From Tubulanus polymorphus (taxonomy: Eukaryota; Animalia; Nemertea): a DNA stretch of 64,000 bases. The notes beneath the pieces were generated by a model. The model was not told the DNA's origin. It worked only from the letters and a program-made list of their open reading frames with translations, and did no database searches. The translations under genes were made by a program, and so were the position numbers. Positions 23,647 to 36,095 of this stretch are shown piece by piece. The first letter of the stretch is position 1. Each line of letters starts with the position of its first letter. The stretch covers positions 9,146,451 through 9,210,450 of the forward strand of contig NC_134035.1 in the NCBI RefSeq assembly GCF_964204645.1. Direction: 5' to 3'.

Positions 23647-26600
23647 ATGGGATACAACGTCACCATGATCCGCGTGGTAAGTTTCATTCTGACCGCTATT
23701 GTCTGCGTGACGTCATCTTCGCAGTTCGACGGCGACTTTTCGGAAGGACAGCGGTAAGTGAAAAGGTTCATCCTCCGTAACTGTGATATGTGATATACAA
23801 TGAGATGCAAACGCACTTTCAACAAATTGAAAAAAATAAAAAACGAAATTTATCAATCAAGACAATGGTCTCTAGAGAGGGTCTGAAACGTTGTGTGTTT
23901 TAAATTCCATCTTAATTTTTGGTAAATAGATTTAGTTTCTAATCTTTTATATTTGTTTAAATTAGGTTCTAATCTTGCAATCCCTTCTCCAAGCCTGAAT
24001 GTGGCCATTCTACTATATAAAACACCAGGGTGGATCCAGTGACAACTGGTGAGGGTAGTACGACTAAAAAAGGGCATAATCCGCATAATTTTCGCGACGG
24101 TAGCACGTTCCTACCGTCTGAATCACATACGTACCGCCTGCACATCCGTAGTTAACATCTAAAACAAAATTTCCATCCTGTCAATAGTCGAGTGTCAGTT
24201 TATTCGTCACACGAGTATCCACTTTATGCACGTCTTTTGCAGGGAACACAAACGTTTATCGTTGAAAAGACAAGACTTGACAGCGTTGAAAAAAATCGTC
24301 GATGACATCGACTCGGATTTCGCTACTGTTCAGTAAGTTATGACTCTGTTCGATTGATATTCCGTGAGACCAATAAATCATGTGCTGTTTGAGTGATTCA
24401 CTCTGTCTTCTATACATCATATCTTATTTCTTGCGTTGCAGAAAATGATTTTCATTTCGTTTATTTTATATGCAGTTAGAAAAAAATGAAAGCGTATGTT
24501 TCGATTTCATTTCGTTTGCCTGCAAAATGCGAATCAATGCGATCATGCGAATAAATTTTGCTCGTGTAAAATCTGAAATCTTTTAGAAATTGAATGTTTG
24601 AATCGATCTATAGGACAAAAGCATGCCTGCTTAACGGCTTAGACGTGTCCGAATGTCCCAGCGCCTCTCTGGCTGAAAACCAGAGCCTGGCGAAAGCTAA
24701 CGGCGAAAAACTACGTGATGATGATTCTAGGTATACACAACATGATCGGTAGTTGTCTGTGAAATACCTCTTGAACCCTAGTTCTGCTACCCCCCTTCTT
24801 AGACAAGTAGATTCGAATTACTGCTTCGGCTGTTTTTAACCGAAAACAGCGACCAAATCCTGCTTGCAATAAGTCGCTTTCACTACACTTGCCGACCGCG
24901 TCCACTGCGAACTACGAGTAGAATAGTTTTATTCACTGAACTTTCCCCATCCCTCACGCTCTATATAAATATGTAAAACAGATCCAGCCCTTCAACGCCC
25001 TCCCTCGGCAAGTTTTCAAACCTGGTGGAATCGGTACAGTATCCCATCTGAGGGAGGATGGCGCTTTAAACAAAGATTTCCACTATGCGAATTTTGTTTC
25101 GACGATTATCATCAAAACCTCGCAAAGTTTTATTAGGACATGATATGTAAATAGATTTGAAGGGCTGGTTCTTACTATGCACAAAGCACCACCACAAATT
25201 TGCACTCATATTATACGCGCTTAGTTGATCGGCTTAGAAAGTCGCGTCGCCAGCTGCGCGCGCATGCTTGATATCGTCACTTCCGGTCAGCCTATATATG
25301 AGGAATAAACGACCGTTTTCGGTAGCGTTTTGTTTTTTTGTATGGGCGCTAACGTTAACAGGCTTTTCTAGCTTTGCTAAGCCTGTGTAAATTGTATCTA
25401 TTTCTATACAAACAAGTTTTTATTTGAATTTGAATTGACCGCAATTTTCGGTCGCAGCATTATCAATTTGATACACTGACGAAATGTGATGAACTGTGAA
25501 ATATCTGCACCGATGAAAAGTGTCTAATATTATGACAGAATAAAAACGATGTAAGAAACCGGAAGTGACGATTGCGCATTTTGACGCTTCGTGCGATGTG
25601 AATTATGCACAGATTTTTGATGTCGTTGTCGTTTGTTGTTGTGTTGCGTATAGGAAGAAATGGGACCCGTCGTGTTCAATAGGAGCCGGGATGCCGGGTT
25701 ATGACTGTCGTCTCGATCAGATCAACGGTAATCAGGATATCGTCGATTGGTTAGGCAACGACGACTTGAGCCCCGGAAAACGTAGCGCATCGGCCACGAT
25801 AGGAACGATACCCGAGCAAACATTTTCACCAAAGTCAAACTCCCTCCAGTAAGTAGAGAGACAACGCTTAAACCGATTCGAATGTTTACATATGAAAAGC
25901 TAGGTAAGTTCTCACATCTCGGACTGGCGGTATCATTTCTGCGAGATGATATCTTTGTATACTTGTATAATATATGAATTTAGGCAAAAGAAACACGAAG
26001 GACCAAAATGAAAACCGAAGCGTATAAAATCCCACTATAGTTGAATAAATTCATTTTAGACTGAAGAAGAGTGGTAGAAACCACCCGAAATATCATTGAT
26101 ATTTTAAAGCTCATTTGGTGTTATACTCCATGAAATAACCGGCCGCGGTTTTTGCTGATCACATCATTTCTCACTGAGCAGTTGGCTCAAAAATGGGAAG
26201 TTTGATCATAACCATTGAATATATAGAATCGTGTCCGTCAAAAACACATCTTCCATTTTTGTTCTTATGACACGAGAAACGGGACGATATTCGGATTATC
26301 TGATTTGTTTTGTCGAGTCTTTTGTGAATTTTCTTTTCTTTCCTAAATCTTTCGAAATCGCAACTGTCTCACCGTCAGGGGATTGCAGAGCGATCTCCGA
26401 CCAACGTGGAAGCGAACTCGATACGTCGTGTTATGTAGTGATCGGCTCCTAGGAGAGGTAAACACTCAACTACCAGCTTTGAGAAATATCGTTTCCTCGC
26501 TGAAATCCTGACTCTGGCGAATTCGAAGAATTTAAACCTATCGTTAGGCAGTAATATAAGCCGATAATAGCGAAGTAATAGCCAAGTGTTTTGTGCGCTT

Positions 26601-28079
26601 CTGAACGTTTTGTGTTTGAAACTCGTTCAGTAGTTTTTGGTCCCAGCGGTGTTGCGATCAAGATATTCTACTGGAAGATCTTCGGTCGTAAATGGAAACG
26701 TGTTTTATTCTGTGCTGGAGTGATTAATAATTTAAATGTTCCACGCTGATTTCTAAATGAATATGATGTAAAGACTGCAATCTTTCCGCACTGACCATAG
26801 CGTGGACGCTTCGCTTGAAGCAAGCTCCATAACTGGGGAATTTGACACGCAATCTCTCGGAAATTGCATATTGGAACTCGATTATGTAGCCAATGACGCT
26901 CTTGCTCTATCTGAAATATGCCTTGGTCTTTTCTCCCGGACCGCTGCCTTCCAATTCTCCTAGATCCGCCCTGCAATAACATATCAGTTCACTTTTCTAG
27001 CGGTTTTGAAACATTCCAAGAATTACTTCACTTGATCGTGCCAAATATATACACACATTATACAGCCAAAGTTTCAAAGTTTCAAAGTTTTCAAAGCTGT
27101 TTTTTGATTGATATACATTAGTCAGTCGCTTTGGTAGATTTGGGGGTTTGTACAGTAGTTAGTTTCAGCAATGTTGTAACAGATCATAATAGTAAACGTA
27201 TGTCTACCTCTGCGTTGTATTATGCACATCCAAGCACTTTGCACTTAGAAAAAACTTCGTTCCGGCGAAGCTGATGTATTTCGACATTCTTTTCGAAAAA
27301 TCACGTCGAAATCGATTACGTAAATCGAATCAACCTAATTCTCGGCAATCTGCCATTCAATTTCATTACAAATTTGAACATTTGTACGTCGTGACGGATA
27401 CTAACATACGAGCAAAACAATTTTCTTCCAGAGCCATTCAGGACTTAACCAGAAAAAGAGTCGGACTCCAATTCTTGAAAAAATTGATTGAAGAACAAGA
27501 CAGGCAACTCCATGTCGCGCAGTAAGTTTAGCACATAAGCAGATAAAAACCCACGTATCTACAGATTGAAAGAATTTAAAAACAAGAATTTATTGATTCA
27601 ATCTAAGATATATAGAATACACGACGTTTCGATCTCATCCTAGAGATCATCGTCAGGTGTGAAACGTCGAAACGTCGAAACGTCGTGTATTCTATATATT
27701 CTAGATTAAATAAATAAATTCTTGTTTTTAAATTCTTTCAATCTGTAGATAGTGGGTTTTTATCTTATTATCCGTTCACCACGTTTGAGTGTGGTTATCG
27801 TTCCATTAGCACATAGGCATTAAGTCTTGTTACGTCATTAATTAATCGTCTAATTTCTATTTTCTACTATGAAAAAAGTCTAAATTGTTTTGTTTCATTC
27901 GCAGAAAGAGAAATTGTTACGTGAACCTCGGAGGCCATTGCCAGGCAGAAACGGCGTACGCAATGGCCAATCAAATACGATATTTGAACAGTGCCGATAG
28001 TCCTGGACGCAAGAGAAGATCTCTGTCAGCTTTCATCGCTAAACGACTGTCATCAGCTTTAGCCAATGAACAGTCATGA
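23647..28079 (+). CDS. Calcitonin-type neuropeptide precursor (188 aa if all exons are used), exons 23647-23753, 24243-24332, 25654-25848, 27905-28079, encoding two calcitonin-like peptides
   Basis: Signal-peptide-like N-terminus MGYNVTMIRVVSFILTAIVCVTSS. All three introns are gtaagt..ag and phase 2. Peptides: KK-WDPSCSIGAGMPGYDCRLDQINGNQDIVDWLGNDDLSP-GKR and KR-NCYVNLGGHCQAETAYAMANQIRYLNSADSP-GRKRR. An N-terminal Cys pair plus C-terminal Pro-amide is the calcitonin family signature. Confidence 0.92.
27541..27765. mobile_element. Fold-back element with ~90-bp inverted arms around the hammerhead (inverted Penelope-like pLTR remnant)
   Basis: Left arm agataaaaacccac...cacgacgtttcga (27541-27632) is the near-perfect reverse complement of tcgaaacgtcgtg...gtgggtttttatct (~27675-27765). 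A tandem (GAAACGTC)x3 sits at the junction. Confidence 0.75.
27619..27660 (-). ncRNA. Minimal type I hammerhead ribozyme (Penelope-like-element type), apparently intact
   Basis: Minus strand reads ACAC CUGACGA U GAUCUC uaggau GAGAUC GAA ACGU C GUGU. Core boxes CUGANGA and GAAA are present, with a 6-bp stem II, 4-bp stem I, palindromic ACGU stem III and GUC cleavage triplet. Confidence 0.8.
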
Positions 28080-29133
28080 GTGTAAGTAGTCTGTGCTAAA
28101 CGTAACCTATATTTGCACCGGAGACCATTGACCCCCGAGACCAGGACCCGGTTTTACGGTGGTTTTGAGTTGGTTACTAATTGAAATCAGTAGCCATTTC
28201 AAAACTGAGGCCTCAAATCATCACAACCCGCGACCATGGAAAAACGATAATATCAAGCTCGATTACAATAGTCTCACAATATATAGTACGAAAAAGTCCA
28301 AGAACCCACTTATTCCGATTTTATTAGCCACAGTCAGCTGGAATGAGGAAACATACACATAAACCTAGTTCATAAACAAAGGATCTGTTAATCTTTAATA
28401 TTCTCTCAACAAGCTCGATACCACAAAGCCAAAACCGATTTACTAATATCAATTCGTTTCATTTAGATTCTATGGACCTACCTACTTTTTCATTATTTGA
28501 AATGTTTGATAGTACTAACAGATTCACGTTACGCACCTATTTTGCAGGGCTGTTTCACGACCGCAGTGGAGAAGAGACTGTCTGAATTTAACCAACCGAT
28601 ACGATACAGTCATTTGTAGGATCACGCGAATTTTTAACTAATATCTCGTCGACCCGTCCTCATTTTACAATAACTGATGAATCTTTCTAAAACGTTCGCT
28701 TTTAACGATATAAGATTGACGATTTATGTAGATTTACCCCCAATAAACTGGAATCGAAGAAAAATATTGCCCTTCCCTCAAATTTATCAACCTAAAATTC
28801 GTGCAGTTATTTTTGAGAAGTCCGACGAGTATCCGAAACGTTTCACCGTGTAATTTAGTGACAGATGGTTTTCATTAACAAATAAAGATAAAGTTGAATA
28901 ATTAAAAGACGTGTTTGTGTTCTTGTCCGTGTCGATTTTTTTATCTCGAATCTCACCTCGACTTCACTCGTGACCACATGAATATAAAAAAACAACATGA
29001 AATATTGGAGTAAAAATGGAGTGGTCATTTATTGCCGTATAAAATGTGTATAAAACCTTGTAAAATAGTAAAACCGTCGAATAAAATCTGAATTATGAAT
29101 ATTCGGTAGCACGTCTAAATATCTGAATGTTTA

Positions 29134-32100
29134 TCACGCGTCGGACGCGTCGTGATGGATCGTACGAACTGATTTACCGGGTGACGTCACTGTTACTTGT
29201 ATAGCCACTCCCGCATTCGATGACGTATCGTCTGATTGTGTCTGATTATTATTGTCCTGTTGTTCTGACGACATTAAGTTATGGGCCGTCTCTTTTCGTA
29301 TGACAGATTCCGCAGTTTCTGGCTTTAAATCAAATTGTAACTCGTCACCGGTTTCTTTGAGGTTACCTAGTCCGGCTTGCTCGAGAAGCGATTTGATGTA
29401 TTTAATTTGGCAAGCTTTCCTCACCTTGTGAGTGCCGGAGCCCCCCTACAATCCGAATGAAATGCGGATAAGCTTAATACATTCAAAACGAAAACTTAGT
29501 CACAAATACGAATCAAATCCGAACTTACGATTTCACAAAGCTCGATGTCCTCCGTTAGTAAATTTGCCCGTTTCTTTTTGACCCCGAGACATCCTTTTAC
29601 TAGTTTTACTAAGTCGTCTGCGGTAGGGATGACGTTCAGCGGTGAAGGTAGCATCCCGGCTTCTTGCGAGTAATATTTCCACAGCTCACTGCGGGCGAAC
29701 TTCCATTCCACGTCCGCATCTTCCTGTAAAAAAATCACAATCAACAAAACTATGTATAGATAAAATGGAAATACAAACTCGTGGTCAAAGCGGGCTCAGT
29801 AGCTCAGTAGGATAAGGCGTGATGCTGTTGCGATCACCAACAGTGACAAGCGGGTTCGAGTCCTGCTGATTAATTACAGTATGTGGGTTAATGGACAATC
29901 CAATAGGATTAGTCTTTGGGAGACCAACATTTGAACGACGTAGATAACAAAAACAGACAAAAAATACCCCAGACAAAAGGTACTCCACCTGAGTTTTATC
30001 ATACGATTTGGACATCATAGCGATTAACATATTCAACAATACGATCACCATGATGCCGTTGAAGAGACCAAACAAAACCGTTCCAACTTTTTCCGGCACT
30101 AGAAACGCGTCGGGATTTATCATCTCTGCAAAATAGAGAGGACTGTGCATAATGTTTATACTTAACATTCTACAAATTTTTCAGCGAAATGTTTTCACGA
30201 TTTGTAGAAGTCATTATTTTAATGATATAAGTAGTCAATCAGAATTGGTAAATTTGGGGAAGTATATCCAATCGGGATTTGATTATATTTAATTTTATGC
30301 TTGACTTATATTGTACAGTACGCTATGTCCTATGCACTCTTTCTTATAAACATTTTTGTAATCCTAGTATTGTATATATGTATTATATTGTTTTCTTCTA
30401 ATTCGCTGTTCATTGACGATCATGTCTTTTGATTATGATGAATAAACAAACTTGAAACTTGAAACTTACCGGAATTACTGTCGCGATAGACGTCGGATAC
30501 TTCCAGATCTGGAGCAGAAGATTCAGCCATACCGAATAATGACCAAAACAATGTACCCATCGAACTGACCTGCCTATACCACGAAAGAATAGAAAATTAA
30601 AATCGTACATGAAATATGATAGTCTTAAGCCCAACGCACACGACACAGGGAAACAGAAAACAGAAACACGTTTTCTAGTAGTTCCCTGTTAGTATTGTGT
30701 GCAATTTTGAGAAACGAGAGAAACATGGTGTTTCCGTGTTTTTTTCCTGTGTCGTGTGCGTCGGGTCCAGGAAAGAATAGGAACTGGTAAATGAAACGTG
30801 ATATTGATGCGTACGATGGGAAAGATTGCGTCATCTGAGATGTCGTCATACGACCAGTCGATTTGTCAAAACTCTCCACGTAGAAACTATAGAATGTGTA
30901 GAGATTGCGGATACCACTGAGAAACGCCACGAAAAACTGAAATTAGAAATACGATCCAAAGGAAATCTCATTTTTCACCTTTAATGGAATCTATACTCGG
31001 AATTTATTTAACACTGATAAAGGCTTTTTGTGAAGTTCTCTATTGTAAAAAAAAAGTAATTTACTTTCAATCAAGACATACCATAAGAAACATCGTCAGA
31101 AACCTAGCGATATCACCAACCATCCGGGAAGCAGATATCTGCAGAGGACCTAAACTCTCCGAGGCTGGTAGAATGTAAACGGACAAACGGGTGAATGATA
31201 AAACATTCGCGATAGCGAAACAGGCCTCTGATATAATCATCGGGTCATACGTGTCCCAAAGCGCTCGACCTAAAGAAAAAGACGTAGATTTGATGATATA
31301 ATCGGGCATTGGTAATGCGTCATTAGGATAAGGACAGGATTGACCGACACAACAACGACGATTTAACCGAGTTTTCGGGCTTTTATGGAAATTGCTGATA
31401 CACATCCAGCATATTGAGAACTTTTTAGCTTCTACGTACTAGAATAGAACAAAACGTTGGAGTGGTTTCACGTCGACTAATCTAAGGTAAGAATAAATCT
31501 CACTTACTTCCTCGGATATAATATGAATCAGGTTGTGAGAACAAGTGTGTTTCTAACGCATGAAGGGTTCTCGTCCCATTTTCCGAATTCATCAACTCGC
31601 GGTTATACATTATATCACGAATTTGCTGTAGCGGAACCGCGTATTTATCGGCGACTGCAGCGACCTCTTGCTGCACCAGAATTCGCAATGAAGCCCATAC
31701 CAAATACAGAGCAGCTGTCAACATGTCGACTAAGTTATAGCCAGAACGGAAATACTCGAGAACGTTCGTCTTAGACATCAGAATCAGTTGCAGACATTCT
31801 GTCCTTAAAAAACCTAGAAATCAAAACGGAAGTAATAAATCTTGGAGTAATCAAGAAATATCAAAACAAACAAACTAACAACACTTAGGTATAGAGAGTC
31901 CAACACTAATATAGCAAAAAGTCTCATTTAAGCTGATAGTTTATCGATTCGACGTTTCAACTAGAATGAATCAATTATTTAGGTACAATCGAAACATCGA
32001 ATCAACAAATTATCAGCTTAAGGAAACATTTCTGATATCTTTCTCGTTATAACAGTGCGGTATTCTCTATATATCGTCACAACACGTTCATTAGTGTTTC

Positions 32101-34575
32101 ATCAATGGTTAAAACAACATCAATAAAGTGATGTAGTCAAATGCCGATACTCGCCTAATACAAATGCAAATACTATCCAATGAGAAATAGTCATGTAATT
32201 GTAACTTGCTGTTCTGAATTTCATCCGATAAACATGGCCGATAACTTCATGCCACGATTCACCGGACTGTACGTCCTCTGTATTGAATGACATTACACCC
32301 AGCAATACGAGGAATACCGCATTGAAGAATGTGTGATTCAGAAATTTAATCACCGGTGACCTCAGAAAATCGATCAGACACATCTCTTTAGCCTAAAACA
32401 GGTAAAACGTAAAACTTCTTTTTAAAACTTTCAACAAGAAGATCACTAACAACGCAACGCATCTCTGCAAATACGATTCGAATGTGGAGAAAATTAAATT
32501 GTTCACTAGATTACTTAAAGCATTTGTACTTACGTCATTAAAAAAGTATCCTTGAAGTTGCATCAAACCTTTGACCATCTTTTTACGTGCAAATGTTTTG
32601 ACAATTCTCATAAACAGTAAACTAATCACGGAGAACAAGAGAACCGGAACCCAGGCGTAAATAACGCGTATAGACCCGTAAAACGACGAACTAAGGTAAT
32701 TCTGACAAATTGGATGAGCTATAAACTGAAAAACAATAAGAGATAACAAGGTCCTATGATAACTCAGAGCTACTGTACACTTTCACCCAGTCCTGAGAAT
32801 TGCCAGTTCCTGGAGCTCCGTATACTGCCTATACTAAAGAGCTCGCGTGAACCATATACCACTGACACTAAGCGATATACCACTGACACTAAGGTTCTCA
32901 GTGAACTGTACACTGAGCTGGACCAAGAGCTTCAAATTTGTGAGGAATAAGTGAAATCGATATCCATACTTACAGACTTCGCATTTTCGGCGAAGGCTCT
33001 GTTGACGACTGCTGGATATCTGGCATCATCTTCGTGGACATTCGCCGCTTTATCTGCATCGGAATGAAGGATATCTTCAACTTCTTTCAGGCTGCTGCAG
33101 TGGTCGAGCATACTACATGCAAATTCTTCGCATTGATTTACCAGTTCCAGAAACTCCGACTGAAAAATGGTACGTACATAAATATGAGTTTCAAAAATGT
33201 TCACATTCGTGTATTCATGGAAACGCGTTCACCTTGAATTCTTTTCGTTCTTCGACATATCGCAGAATCTTAGAGCGAATATCCAATGCAGTACCTATCG
33301 GATCTCTTTGTGTAAGACTCAGATACGCCGGACTTGCCTGCGCTCGCATCAATTCTAAGTAGTGTTTTTGTTTCTTTAATACATCGCTCATAGGCAATTG
33401 CTCGAGTAGTTGAAAGCGTTTAGCGTCGTCTCCTTCGATATTATAGACGAGTTGGACCATTAACAAGTTGTTTTCGCGAGCTGCTATTGTCATTGCTGTG
33501 CGCTGTATTTCAGACTTATCCATCGACTTGTACTTAGGATGAGTTAGAATGAATTTTACCACAATTGCATTATTGCTTTGGATGGCAAACTCGATGCAGT
33601 CTAGTATATGATTCACGCTTAGATAGCGGCCTTCCAGCACTCTTTCTAATATGTCAATGGCGCCGTGTTCGATAGCGTAAAATAGCGCTGGTTTTGCAAA
33701 GATTGTTCCCTGGCTGTACATGAAACATTTTATTATTCCCTCATACGCCATCTCTCTCAGGTCGTCTTGAACGAGAAAATCGAAAAGTTTCAGATTGTAC
33801 TTAAATGCATCAATATCTATATTGAAGATCGCTCGTCTTAATGCTTCACATAGTTTGCTGATACAAGTTCTGTCAGACGGGTCGATGCAGTCATCAGGCA
33901 CGTCGAAAACGACCTGAAAAAAAAACAAAGGACACGTCTGTCATCATCGCTGAAACCAATAGCCGCTCATCATTGCTTGGAGAGTTTCTGGGGGCTAAAT
34001 CAGCCCCGCCACTGTTATTGGAGCGGTCTGGAAATAAAACGATTCAGATATTTCTAAATGAGCTGGAAAACTTAAAACAGCAAGGCTGGAATTCACCGAA
34101 GCATTTTTGCCATCGTTCAAGACAGTGATGTTCGCATACATGTGCTTACTATCAGAACATGGCATCATCTTGCGTGCGGACGACAAGCGTTTTTACGAAC
34201 AAAAGAAAACTTAATCGGCGGTGAGGGCATGTTTATCTCCGTGACTAAAGCATTGATCATGTAGGATACTTTGGCCATTTCGAAGAAAGTCAGTGATGGT
34301 CGGGATAGTTGCTTTCGTCCGCGGACAACGTTAGTCTATCCAGCGTTTATGAGATAATCGGTATGCCTTGGTGAATTCCTGCCAAACCCATTACTCACGT
34401 CATCACCAGAGAGCCCTTCGTCGCCTACATAACTAAATAAGTTCTGATAAGATGTTGAGCTACGGAGGGTCTCGCACGTTCGCTCCACGTCCATATCACA
34501 ACTGGCTACATTCTGAGAAGATGTTGATGATCTACGGACAACTAGAGACTCGTACGTCCGTTCTACGTCGTCCAT
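29134..34575 (-). CDS. TRPC-family (TRP/TRPL/TRP-gamma-like) cation channel, ~945 aa, 12 exons: 34575-34399, 33913-33233, 33159-32974, 32725-32534, 32392-32155, 31813-31508, 31269-31082, 30936-30815, 30573-30470, 30125-29989, 29723-29529, 29445-29134
   Basis: Ankyrin-like repeats (ALFYAIEHG, TAMTIAARENN), ASPAYLSL, FIAHPICQ, SPVIKF, LGPLQISASRM, pore TLFWSLFG, S6 VIVLLNMLIAMM and TRP box EWKFAR. Exon lengths sum to 2838 nt in frame. Exon 1 is the least certain. Confidence 0.93.
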
Positions 34576-35964
34576 ATCCGAATAATGCACCTGATCGTGA
34601 GGTGAGCGCGTTTTAAGCCGCGTGATTTAACACGAGTTGCTGCTCAAACTGAATTGAAGTATTGAAGTGTTTAACTAGTTGCAATCCATGTAACGAGTTG
34701 TATTCATATTACGGCCAGTGGTGGTATGCAGGTCCTCACGCCGATAGTGTACGGAATATTGAATACAGCCTTGTTGGCTTGCGCTTTATCCCTCCTCATA
34801 ACCATCCATATCATGTAATGAAGGATAATGGTTATTCGTTGTATTGTATGTATTGTGTTATGGTTAACGAAATAAATATCGTATTACTGATTTCCTCTAC
34901 TACACCGAGCTTGTTGACTTCAAAAACCCACATTTTATACTATTCATGTCGTATTTTATTGCTTGTGTATCTCCTATTATGTATATACTTGATTTTACTG
35001 AAACTGTATCAGTTGCATACAATGTTTTTTTTTAAAATATTTATGCTGAATAAAGTTTGAATTGAATTGAATTATCAGATTAGGGAAAAACGTTTTAGAA
35101 ACGACTGTAATACGTTTTCTATCTTTGACTGTGAATTATACTCCGTATATGCAATCAAATGAATCCATTTTACGGTAAGTGTTTTTTCCGAAATATTGAA
35201 TGGAAAATAAAACCTTAAGAAATGTTGCTGCCTCGGACAAAACTGTCTCCAGGAAGCGACGTAATGATATACTTCGAATATTTTGTCGGCTTCGAGTAGA
35301 ATTAAAAAAAAAACGAAAAAAAGTGTTCACATTTCATATTCAAGCGGCGGGAATTTGAATTGCGCAATGTGCTGCAATTCTAGATGGATATATGATTGAA
35401 AGGTCGCTGAATACCTGGGAACAAAACCCGGCAACGACATCAAAATGTCACCAAATAAAATGTTGCTGATGGTTGCTCGCTTGATCGCTTTTATTTGATC
35501 ATTTTTATGATAATAAATAAAAAGTTTTTTGGTAGATGAAGTTCTATAGAGTAGGTTTCGTTGAGTTTATGGAATTTCCCAGATTGATTTTGTTCTGCAA
35601 GTGCCCTTCGAATCTCTTACTCCGTATCAATGCAGCATTCATTTGGATTAGACCTCAGCGGGAAGAACGAGTCTGCAGATAGTCGTAGGAGGTAGCATGC
35701 GATGAAATTTGACACAATATGGATTGACAATAGATTTTCTAGGAACCCAGACATGCATGCCTTGAGAAGTGTGCAATGTGATACCATCAAGATCGGGCAA
35801 AGGCGTTGATTATGCGGTGTTATTTGTCGTCGTCTATGATACGTTCGTTAATTGTACTCATATTGCATTCGTAAGACCTTCGTATTGTCTTTAGAAAACC
35901 TCGAAGTTTACTTTCAAACTTTGAGGCGAGAAGATAAACAATATACGTGTAAGGTGGATGGCGA

Positions 35965-36095
35965 GAGAAATCCCACAATGATTCAGTCAAAGATGAAAAA
36001 TTCCGAATTGAAGAGATTTATTTCGAGCAACGTTTCGGCTAAACACTATTTGCCATCATCAGGCGTACTTGGACTGAATCATTGCGGGATTTCTC
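35965..36095 (-). mobile_element. Fold-back element with central hammerhead motif (36028-36065)
   Basis: Arms gagaaatcccacaatgattcagtc and gactgaatcattgcgggatttctc. The core on the minus strand reads CUGAUGA U GGC..GCC GAA ACGU U. Confidence 0.65.

Noticed and set aside
26668-27100. Possible ancient L2 RT remnant (HWL motif)
   Set aside because: Similarity too weak to support without a search.
27661-27685. (GAAACGTC)x3 and other short direct repeats (e.g. 32856-32892) as CRISPR-like arrays
   Set aside because: Eukaryotic DNA, no spacers; simple slippage duplications.
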